Source of the DNA: Batkoa obscura
Taxonomy: Eukaryota
Length of the DNA: 46,692 nucleotides
Direction: 5' to 3'
NCBI GenBank assembly: GCA_030770535.1
Contig: JASVEC010000121.1
Location: 1 to 46,692, forward strand
The position numbers and the translations under genes are program-made. Positions 34,784-46,692 of the stretch are shown here, piece by piece (within the stretch, counting starts at the first letter, position 1; the number at the start of each line of letters is the position of its first letter). The notes beneath the pieces were generated by a model. The model was given only the letters and a program-made list of their open reading frames with translations. It was not told the origin of the DNA and did no database searches.

Positions 34784-37247
34784 GGGGCTGTCCTAATTGG
34801 TTTCAGAATTTACTTAGAAATTAATCCAAATTTAAAATTTCAAGTTTGTGTCCAATATAACGGTTAAATCTAAAAAGCCTAAAATTAAATGTCTCTATTT
34901 AAAACTTATTTTAATTGTTTCCTTTTCTTAAATAGCTAATTTTCCTAACTATATATTTTATGTTAGTTCTGTTAGATATTTAACAGATATATGATATATA
35001 ACTATATGATTATATAATTATATAAATACATAATTATATAAATACAGTTATTTGACTTTATTGACTTTATTTTTTGTTGAAATAAAAATAAAATGCAAAC
35101 TTTCATAACTAAACTTCGAAATGGAATTTTTGAAAACTTCAATACAATAGGGAGGAGTACACAATATAAACATTGTAATTCATTTACATCAATTTTAAGA
35201 GCTACTTATAACAACCCAAGGTTTATGGAATTTTATAATAAAACAAAACAAAGAAAAGATATATTATCAAAGTTTACTATCGATAATAATAAACTTAATC
35301 AAGTAATGTATAAAATTAGTGCTTTAAGAGAAACAGGAAACAAAAATCAGCAAGTAGCGTTATTATCAACTATAGCTTCAGTATATTCTTTTGATGAATG
35401 TAAAAGTTTTGGGTTTAATAGAAATAGAAATCAATATGATTATTCAAAAATAAGTAATAATAATAAAATATCAACATTACAACCTATTATTAAAAATACA
35501 AAAAAAATTAAAGATAACCAAATTGAAACTATCATACAATATTTACTAAATGATTCAACTATTTCATCAAGATTTAATAAAAAAAATAACGATAGTAAAT
35601 ATTCATCAGATAATATATATATTTAAATAAAAGTAGAAGAATGATATATAGTAAATATTTGAATGATCTAAGAGATAAAGCAGTAGCTAGGTCAACATTT
35701 TTTAAATATATACCAAGTAATTTCAAAAATCTAGCAAGAAAAACGGATCTATGTAATATATGTACCCAGTATACAGTTAGAAAAAAGTTATTTGAAAATA
35801 AAATAAATACAGCAAAAAACAAAGCAGAGATAGAAGAAATTTTCAACGAAGAAGAAAAACTATACAAATTACATAAATTCTGTGTTGATACTCAAAAAAA
35901 CACATTTAATGAAACTATCAAAAAATTAAATAACAAAAGTTGTATAATAGTTTTAGATTTTAAACAAAATATGGAAATAGGAACAAGACCAGATTCAATA
36001 AATCTAGATCATTATAATAAACAAGCTATATTAGTATTAGGCTTTGGTGTATTATACTTAAAAGATGATAAAACGATAGGCAAAGTTTACTTTGATTATT
36101 TATCTGAGATATTGAATCATGATTCAGCATATGCAGGAGATTGTTTAATCGATTTAATCTCTACAGAGCTTTTATTTAAAAAGTTTACAAAAATTAATAT
36201 ATGGGCAGATACAGGAAATCATTTTAGATCCCAAGAGTTTCTACACTATATGTTTAAACAAATTCATAAAATAAATAGTAGTTTGAATGTTAATCTTGAT
36301 TTTTTTGCTGAGCATCATGGAAAAAGTATAGTTGATGGACATTTTGGAAACCTTTCAAAATGGAAAAGTAGTTTTGAAGCGTTAGGTAAAATAGAAGATA
36401 TCGATCAATTAATTTCAAGATTTGAGGCTTTTATTTGCGAGCATAATAAAATTAATAACTCGACTGTTAATAATGGGAAAACAGATATAATTTTTAAAAA
36501 GTATAAAAGAAACAAAAATACAAAAAGAATAATAGAGATGCAGGGCATTAAGAAGTATTTACACTTTATTAAACATAACAATAAACTACATTGTTATCCA
36601 GTATCTGATACATCAAAAAAAAGCGATATAGTCCCAATTAAAGTTATAGAGTTTATAGAAAACAGAAAAATTAAAAGATCGATCCCAGCTTACCTTACGA
36701 AGATAACAGAGAATTTAAAAATTTCGATATTTACTAAGCAAGTAAGTAGTTTGTTGAATGATAGAAATAGATTGTTAAATGTTAGGGTTACTTAAGTTAT
36801 TAATAGCTAAGTTAATAAATAGTCAAAGAACAAGTGACTGTAATAATATGTAAAAACTACTATTACTTGTACTATATAGGGATGGTTAATTATAGTTTTG
36901 GGGCTAACCACTCCCTCCCATGCAGCTATTTATTAACTTGGCAATATATTAATAATGTAATTATAACATTAAAATAGTTTTATTTATTTGATAATAAATC
37001 TACAATGTTGGTTATAAAGCAGTTGATGATAAATATTTCTCAATTAAGCTTTATAAGAACATGTATTTAAGATCTAGTAGAAATTCAACTAACTTACAGT
37101 ATGAGCTATAATAGAATGATTTAGAACTGTGTTTGGGTACTTTTGTTTTAATAAAAGATGTGATTTTATAGAATTTTAAGCGAAGTTTTTAAAATACAAA
37201 ATTTTTCAAAAATTGGATAAAATAATGAAACTAATTCAGACAACCCC
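34784..37247 (+). mobile_element. Sola-like DNA transposon, copy 3 (2464 bp)
   Basis: Same TIRs; TSD ATAT at 34780-34783 and 37248-37251. Confidence 0.93.
35093..36795 (+). pseudogene. Frameshifted Sola-like transposase
   Basis: A 1-nt deletion in the (AT)n run near 35622 splits the ORF into 177-aa and 384-aa pieces. It also has more substitutions than copies 1 and 2. The indel could be a sequencing error. Confidence 0.75.
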
Positions 37248-38154
37248 ATATCCCCATATATTAATTCACGATTTAACATTTTAAATAAATAACCAAAATA
37301 TACTTTACCTGTTATTTTATTATTTTATTATTTTATTATTTTATTATTTTATTATTTTATTGTTTTATATATATAATATTAAACTAGAATATTGAGATAG
37401 CTATTTATTATAACAACCTGAATTTATTAAATTTGGTTTTGTTTTTATTATTTGATTTTTAATAGTTTTACTAAATATGTTTTTTTTAAATGCATATATG
37501 AAATTTATATAATTACATAGCTTCTTTTATTAAAGGATTTTTTTTGTTTTTATTTTATTTTATCTTTTATTATTATGTTTATTTGATAAACATTTATTAT
37601 TATTATTTTATTTTCTCATTAAATCTTAATAAAAAACTAACTTACCAAATAAATACCACCTAGTAATTTTAATCTACTTATTAATTTTTTTATTTTTAAA
37701 TGATTATGTCGATTTTTGTATTAAATCTAAAACTTTTATATTAATTTTAATCTTTTTTTAAGGCATTAGCTTTATATGTTATTTAAATAGATTTACTATT
37801 ATTATAAAATGCTATAAATTTCAGATTATTATAAATAATTATTAAAAGTAATGTAAACAAATTACAAGTCTTATATTATATGGTCTTCTTTATTATTTTA
37901 GAATTTAATTATGAAAGCTTCTATTTTATTTTAATTTTAATAAAAAAAATAAAGTGAAATAACCATATATATTATATATCTATTAAATATTTAATAAAAC
38001 TATTTTAAATATTCAATCAAAATAATGTAAAGTAGATAAAAAAAATCATTTAAAAAAAAAGACAATTAAGATAATTTTTATAAATTAACTAAAAAGTTCA
38101 ACTTTAAGCTTTTTAACTATCACATGTTAAAGGCTAAATTTAAGAACTTAATTT

Positions 38155-38251
38155 GGGGATGTATTTTTGTATTTAAGAATTTTACCAACAATTTTCCACT
38201 CGAACAGCGCTTAAAAGATGGAAAAAATAATGAAGTAAAAAAAACACTCCC
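38155..38251 (+). mobile_element. ~98-bp MITE copy nested in the old element's left end
   Basis: GGGGATGTATTTTTG...AAAAAACACTCCC, TSD ATTT/ATTT. Confidence 0.9.
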
Positions 38252-38673
38252 ATTTGATTGATTTTAGAAAATTCTGAAACCAATTTGGGCATTCCTATAT
38301 CTTTAATTAAAAATCATTCTTTATCTAATATTTATTCTATATTACAATTATTTCATATCAATAAATATTAACCCCCTTGACTAATATACAAATACCTCTT
38401 ATTAATAGTAACTTAAACCAAACCATAAAAACCTAAAATATCAAAAAGTTAAAAATACATATAAAGAATAATTATGAATAATATAATAAGATAAGTCAAG
38501 GGTTTAATTAGGATATAATTTAATCATTAGTATTTGTTCTAATAGTTGTAAAAAGTAAAAATAGAATAATTAAAACCAGTTAATTTTTTTAATTCAAAGA
38601 GGTACAGAAACAGCCTATAAACTATATTGCAATAAAGGAATTATGTTTTTATATTATTTTATTAAATTTATAT

Positions 38674-38773
38674 GGTGATGTTTTTTGGCTTCATTACTTT
38701 TTCCTTTTTTTAAGTGCTATTTGAGCGGAAAAATTGTTACTAAAATATCTTAAACACAACAAAATGTATCCTC
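38674..38773 (-). mobile_element. ~98-bp MITE copy
   Basis: GGTGATGTTTTTTGGC...AAAATGTATCCTC; flanks are ATAT/ATGT. Confidence 0.82.
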
Positions 38774-40123
38774 ATGTATGATACTTTTTCGTTTATTCAA
38801 ATTAATAGATTAATCGTCGATTGTTTTAATCAAAGTTGGGTTATTTTTTTCAATATCTTAAAACGAATATCAGTCCCTTATACTAATAAATCTAGGCTTA
38901 CGTTTATCTTACTTTTATTAAATTTAAATAGTTATACCTACATTATTCAAAAATTTTATATTATAATTATTTGATGTTAACAGTAATTACACCCTTTTTA
39001 GTTGTATTACACCTTTAACTAATATATGAAAGTTATTATTTAATAGTTTATTAAATTATAAAGACTAAAATTGAGTAAAATAAATAATGAAACTAAAGAT
39101 TGGGAATATATATGAAAAACGTAACAAAATAAATATATACAATACCGTTTGTATCTAATAAAAAAAATAATACTTAAAATCAAATTCGAGAAAAAGTACA
39201 AAAGAGCGTAGTACTATTAGATAATTTTATAAATATAGAAATAGTAATACAAAGCGGGAGATCTAAGGTTTTGATTTTTCTGCAAAATTTAATTGGGAAT
39301 GGGAAGGCTAGAGTCATTTTTTCACAAACTAAGCTTAGAATGTGGTCAGTCACTTTGACTAGTGTAACTCCCCAAAAAATTTCAGCTAATAAAATAAAAA
39401 ATGAAGCCAATTTTTAGCTTATTAAATAAATGATAGCTAAAAAAAGTTTTGATAAGACAATGATATGCCAATACTATTACTTTGACATACATTTATATTT
39501 TCCCTAAACTTTTAATACTTAATTTAAGCTTAATTTTTACTAATTATCAAATATTATAATGAATCGAAAATTGGCTGTTTTTTATATCAATACCGTTTCA
39601 TTAGCTGGAATTTTAGGGTTGCATTGATTAAATGAATTGTAAGTCTTTGTGATCCTTCAAAACATACTTTCTAAGTTTAACGTGCGATAAAAAATTGCCC
39701 GTATTTTATTAACTTTTTTCTCATGACTAAGCTACTCCTACTTAATTTAATTAAAGTATATTTAATCAATTTGATTAAGTAATATCATTAAAATCTAATA
39801 ACTAAATAGAATAATATTGTAATGAAATCAAAAGTCAGATTACATGATCAATTTAAAGAATAACTAAATTAAACTATAAAGCGTACCTGAATATTAAACA
39901 AATTCTACCAATATTGCTGTTTTGATATAAATATATCAATAGTTAACGATTCCAACTAATCTTTAGTCTTGTTTTTAATCAAATAGCTAGACTATGTAAA
40001 ATCACCCCATAGTATAGTAACACTAAATACGTATTCATTAAAAAATATATAAACCCTGTAAATGTTGGCCTTACATTTACAAAAATCATACATCAAATCA
40101 ATCATCTATAATATATTAGAAAC

Positions 40124-41206
40124 ATGCTCTTAAGTTACAATAATCCGGCTATTATTGCTTTATTTTTCGGCATATCATTAATTCAATGTCAATCAACTGA
40201 AACAACTGGTAACATTGCTACTCTACTACCTAGATAATGTATTAATCATCAAATAATATTAAACCCAGTTTGAATACTGGCACTAACAATACGGAACCAG
40301 TACAAGATGATTATTTTAAAGATTTGATGGAAAATTTAAATTATTTGAAAGAAAATGTCAAATTAGAACCAGAGGTCCCAGGAGGAAGCTACTGGACGTG
40401 CCATTGAATTACCAACTCAATTAAAAGTGAGTGATATTCAAACTAGTAAATATTATGCTCGATTAGCAGGTGCAGCTTACTGTAATGATATGAATTTAAT
40501 GAATTGGTCATGCTCTCATTGTCAACATGTACCGATTCAGCATCGAGGAACTTATTTTGATAAAAAGACAGAAACTAAAGCCTATTTAGCTGTTGATAAT
40601 ATGAAAAAAGCTATTACTCTAGGTTTTCGTGGGAGTTCTTCATTAATAAGAACTTTATTCAAGATGCTAAGTTTTTCAAAGATCCTATTATATTTGATAA
40701 AAAAGAATATAAAGTTCATCGTGGATTTAAACAATGTAAGTGATGAATAATTACCAATGTATATGAATAAGTTAAAACAACTGATGAATGAGCATAAAGA
40801 TTATAAATTAGTTATTGTTGGGCATAGTTGGGTGGCTCAATAGCCACTTTAAGTTCTTTTAATGTTAAGAGAAAAACTAAACTTAAAAGATGATAAGTTA
40901 CACAGTATTTACTTATGGAGAACCAAGGTTGGAGATAAGGAATTTGCACGATATTTGAATCAACAAACTTTTACATTCACTCGAGTTGTTAAAAATAATG
41001 AAATGGTACCTCATTTACCACCTAAGCTTAGTTTAGTTTCTGACTATTGTCATCATCATAATGAGCTTTGGGTTAATGGCGATAGAAATATTCATTGTAA
41101 AACTAATAAATTAGAAGATTCTAGTTGTTCTGCGTCAAAATGGTACAAACCTTCGGTAAATGATCATTTGACTGTTTGGGGTATTAGATTGGGTGGTGAA
41201 TGTTAA
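40124..41206 (+). pseudogene. Class-3 lipase, near-identical inverted duplicate of 22841-23920 with several 1-nt indels (young pseudogene or consensus errors)
   Basis: ATGCTCTTAAGTTACAATAATCCGGC start and ...GIRLGGEC stop are identical to the partner. Differences are largely single-base indels. Confidence 0.75.
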
Positions 41207-41355
41207 TTTCAATAAACAATTCTTTTATTTCCTTTTTATTTTTCATTTTGTTTATTTTTTATCAAAATTGTTATGCTTGCTGCACCATGTCAGATAAAAC
41301 TGAGTATGTTTAATTCTAATAGCTTACAAAAAAATTTAGATTTTTAGAACTTTAT

Positions 41356-41447
41356 GAGATGTCTCTTTTTCTATTATTATTTTCCTTTTTTAAGTGCTAT
41401 TAAGTGTAAAATATATCAGCAAAATGCTTAATGGAAAAAATACCTCC
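41356..41447 (-). mobile_element. Degenerate MITE copy
   Basis: TTTTTTAAGTGCTATTAAGTG...AAAATGCTTAA...AAAAAATACCTCC. Confidence 0.6.
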
Positions 41448-42088
41448 ATAACTATTTATCTTATAAATATTAGCTATTGTAAAATTAAGTAGCATTGTAT
41501 TCCTCATACTAATAGCAAAATAGTGATTAAATAACTATAAAAATCAATGCTACTAGTCCGTATTTGACCTTAATCTATTTTTTGAGGCTATTTTTATTAA
41601 ACTTATGGCTAATTCCTTATCTATTGGGAAAAATCAAACTCAATTTGTGTATAAATAACTTACGACTTTTATCTGATATAAAAAATGTACTATCAAATAT
41701 AATATTCTAACTGTCAATCTCTAGTCCTTTTAACAGATCTTTTTGATCCCTTATTTAATCTTATACTCTATAGCTGAGTCCTAAATTATCAGATAGCAGC
41801 AGACATAAAAGGTTCAAAATTCCAAAAAAAATTACATAAAAGTTTTTCAATGACTTCATTTTTAGGCTCATTTCCAAACTTAGCAATTTTATCATTAGTT
41901 ATTTAACTATAATCTCCCCAAATGTCAAACTAATGAATAATCAAGCTCCCAGGGCAGGAATTTATTACTAAGTTTGAAATAAAAACCATAGATTTTTATC
42001 ACTATTTTATTTAATTTTATCAATTATTATTGACTATTTTTGTTATATCAATATAAGCATTATTATAACGTTGAAACGAATAATTATA

Positions 42089-43611
<1,523 letters not shown>

Positions 43612-43893
43612 GAATTAGCTATGATATTTTAATTTTTGTTAGATGTCAAATAATAGTTAAAAACATTTTTTTATTCTTTTGTATTTATTTTATAGTTATA
43701 AAGTGATTATATCATAGTTAGATTTATTGAATACATTATGTTAGTTTTTTTATTCATAGATACTTATATTAAATTTGAATCCTTCCTTATAGCTAATTAA
43801 TAGTCTAAATGATCTTTTTATATTAATATTTTCAATAAGATAATTAATTTGCACAATTTCAATCTATATTGCTTTTATTTCCCAAAGATAATA

Positions 43894-45498
43894 TCAAGGG
43901 GATTCTAAAAGTAATTTTGAATTATTGAAATAAGGTCCTTAAAATTTTTGGTATTACCACTTCTCCTTTACCGTTTTGATTCTGTTCAACAATAGCTAAA
44001 ATAGTACGAGGTACAGCACAAGCAGTGCCATTAACGGTATGAACAAATTCACTAATTTGTTGTTTTTGGTTCTTTAGTTAATCGAATATTCAATCGACGA
44101 CTTTGATAGTCCGTACAATTGGAAGCTGAAGAGATCTAAAACTGTAAGTACGATATTTAATTCTATACAACTATGATCACCTCTCCCCAACGGTTTTGAT
44201 GGGGTAAATAAGCCTCAATATCAAATTTTCTATAAGCACTTGCCCCTAACTCTTCAGTTGGCATATCTCAAGACTCTTAAAAATGTAAATATTAGCTATA
44301 TAGAAACTTTAAATTCAAATTACCTAAAATCCAACTCTAAATCATTAAAAAATTCAATTTGGAACTCCAATATTTCCTTTTAATGTTTTTTCACTTTCAT
44401 AGGTGAACAAAAAGCAAATAAATCCACTTTTGTAAACTGATGTACTCTATACAGTCCTTTAGTTATCTTTACCTCTAGCCCCAGCTTCTGCTCTAAAACA
44501 ATGAGATTGACCTGCCCACTTCATTGGTAAATCGCCAGGCTGAATTATCTGATTTAAATTCATACCAGCTAAGGCAATCTCTGAAGTAGCTGCAGAGATA
44601 AAGGTCCGAATTTGAATGAGCACTTACATTATAATTTTGATTTAAATATTATCCCTAGGTTGAAACCACACAGGCATTGACAATGTCTTTTCTTACTAAA
44701 TCATGGGTTAAAATTGGACTAAATCCTTTAGACATAGCTTTTGATAATGCTAGTTGACATAAATGCTAACTCCAACATAGCTCCTTGATTTTTTAGATAA
44801 TAAAAACTGTTACCAGATACTTTGGCTGCGGACCTTAAATCTAACATATCCTTTTTGATTAAAAATTCAGTACCATCAGTGATTGTTGATGGATAGGCTC
44901 TTCTATTTTTAGTCAAGATGGTTTTGGCATTTTCTTCTGAACCAATGGGCGATTCTGGATGTGTAAAATTTGGGATTAAGCATCCTAGCTTTAAAGCCTT
45001 TTGTTCTAAGGTCTCAAGCTCCTCTTCTTTTTCCGAAATATCTTTTTTAAATCTCTTTTGCTTCTAAAACTAAGCATTGTCTATTTTCAGTAGTACTAAC
45101 TTTTGATATACTAGTTGAAAATCTGAGTTCTCTTTTGCCTCAAATTATTAACTAGGTATTGAAGCTTCCCATATTCATTATATGCATTTAAGGCTTCATC
45201 CAATCTATATCATTTGATAAGTTACGTTGAGCTATATTTTTAATCATCTCTTCTCGTCTTTCTTTTAACTCTTTGAAGTTTAAGTGTGGTTTTCCAACAA
45301 TCCCACGTTTTATTGAATAGTTATAGGAAGCATTCAAGTTTTTACCGTATACTTGTGATCTAGCTTTATATAAGTATAAATCCTTTTTAAAAATATGATG
45401 ACTTATTATGGAACTTACATAGCAGTTTTATAAGCATTTTTTAAATGGAAGAAATTAGAAATGATTTTGTTTCTAACAAATTTCGAATTTTTTCATCA
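43894..45498 (-). CDS. Seryl-tRNA synthetase, probably mitochondrial type (introns, multiple apparent frameshifts)
   Basis: Minus-strand motifs [80 protein letters not shown]. Start uncertain (45437-45498). Confidence 0.9.
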
Positions 45499-45575
45499 TT
45501 ATTTGAAAAAGTCAACTTTAAATTTTTTAGAATTTATTCAATCGATATTAAAACCTCAACTATTTATTAAATAAA

Positions 45576-46692
45576 ATGAAAATAGTATTAAAAAACGATA
45601 TAAGAAGTAGAGGTTCGGGCCTTAACATAGTAAAATATAGCTCGGATGGTAATTATTGCTTTAGCGTGGTAACGATAAAACGATTAGATTATGGAATTAT
45701 AACCAAAGTGAAAGCAACAATTTAATTTATAATTTCGAAGGCCATGGTTGGGAAATATATGATCTTGATGTGTAATAAGCTAATATCAGTTTTGGGAAAA
45801 ACATTTATTTACTTTAAAAGTTCTTCAGATAGCTCAAGGCTAGCGTCATGTGGTGGCGATCTTCAGTATTTTCATGGATATTGAGTCAACGTCTATCATT
45901 CGAAAATTTAGTGGACACTCACATGTAAGGCTATTTTAAAATCATAAACTTTACTTAATATTTTTAGAAAGTTAATTCGATTGCTTTTAATGAAGACGCT
46001 TCAGTGATTGCTAGTGGTAACTATTGATTAGGATTGTTTTGATTATGTTTTGATTATTTCAGGCTCTTTTGATACACCGTTAGGCTTTGGGATTGCAAGT
46101 AATTTTTTTAAAAACTTATGTAGCTTAATGTTTAATAAATAGATCTCGATCTCATTTACCTATTCAAATATTAGAAGACAGTAAAAGAATAGTATTTCTT
46201 CCAATAAGTATACAAGGACCAGAAATTTTAGTAGGGTACAATTAATATTTATGATAAGGTTTCAAGTTAATTTTTTTAGTTCGGTTGATAACAAAGTGCG
46301 GTTATATGACCTTTAGAATGGGGAAACTGTATACTGATAACTAATGGCCAGGTAAATTAATAAATAGTTATATGATTTTATTAAACTTTTAGCTTCTGTA
46401 ACAAATTATGGTTTTACTAAGGATGGTAACTGTCTAATCATTTCAACCTTGGACAGTACAATTCGACTTCTTGATAAATCTAACGGAAGTTATTAAATCA
46501 GTATTTATTTTTATTTTTTGAAAAGGAAGTACGCTAACTTTTTAAAAGCTTCAATAAACATACCAATCAAAGTTATATGATAGGAGCAGCATGCAGCTAT
46601 GATGATATAGTCTAGTAATCACTGGATCTGAAGATAAGAGAATTTATGTGTATGATTTGATGGAAGTAATATGACAGTATTATTAGTTATTT
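45576..46692 (+). CDS. WDR83: WD40-repeat protein WDR83/MORG1-like, runs off the window end (introns, apparent frameshifts)
   Basis: Pieces include DGNYCF..DKTIRLWN, GHGWEIYD, LASCGGD, RKFSGH, FNEDASVIASGSFD, PIQILEDSK, SVDNKVRLYDL, TKDGNC...STLDSTIRLLDKSNG, TGSED. Confidence 0.85.

Larger units (their letters stand above)
32102..38296 (-). mobile_element. Old, internally deleted Sola-like element in reverse orientation that hosts copies 2 and 3 and a MITE
   Basis: AGGATGTCTAAATTAGTTTCATT (32102) resembles the reverse complement of the right TIR, with subterminal homology resuming at ~34655-34745. Decayed transposase sequence at ~37250-37510. TGAAACCAATTTGGGCATTCCT (to 38296) resembles the reverse complement of the left TIR. 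ATAT on both flanks. Confidence 0.75.

Noticed and set aside
20643..35867. Antisense ORFs 20643-21071, 32808-33236 and 35574-35867, plus 72-257, 5937-6128 and 27554-27787
   Set aside because: They are shadows of real coding sequence on the opposite strand, with L/F/I/S-rich composition and no motifs.
19986..37247. Fanzor/TnpB passenger nuclease in the transposon
   Set aside because: Each element has only one long sense ORF, and I see no RuvC/Zn-ribbon motifs anywhere in the window.
38774..39410. Small ORFs 38774-38974 and 39180-39410 (also 26962-27147)
   Set aside because: They are short, low-complexity, show no recognisable motif or splice context, and the first begins at a MITE edge.
792..41447. 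Recurrent ~98-bp repeat read as a CRISPR-like array
   Set aside because: Copies are dispersed, in both orientations, have TIRs and individual TSDs, lack regular spacers, and lie in a eukaryotic context with no cas genes.

Overview
Very AT-rich eukaryotic genomic DNA with short (~50 nt) GT-AG introns. The gene content is fungal; an early-diverging lineage is my inference, not something the sequence shows. The window has four layers. (1) Host genes: an Atg15-like lipase (-) and saccharopine reductase LYS9 (+) in divergent arrangement, a ~1340-aa protein with repeated Ig/ASH-like modules (-), a Zap1/ZafA-like C2H2 factor (+), a mitochondrial-type seryl-tRNA synthetase (-) and WDR83/MORG1 (+, runs off the end). 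(2) An expanded array of seven intronless, secreted class-3 lipase paralogs: three intact, one truncated by the window edge, two pseudogenes, and one frameshifted near-identical inverted duplicate. The array shows gene-conversion tracts. (3) A Sola-like DDD DNA-transposon system. It has three ~2465-bp near-identical copies with GGGG...CCCC imperfect TIRs and 4-bp TSDs, two of them with an intact 567-aa transposase. It also has ~17 copies of a ~98-bp MITE with related ends and the same TSD type, plus older decayed and nested copies. (4) A ~464-bp solo-LTR-like repeat (two copies) and a fold-back hairpin made from its terminus. The most unusual signal is a ~265-nt multi-stem structure starting right after the transposase stop codon. 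Its pairings are kept by compensatory changes in a diverged copy, making it a candidate transposon-encoded structured RNA. The last ~7 kb contains many 1-nt indels, even in conserved genes, which suggests consensus errors. All alignments and folds were done by eye.
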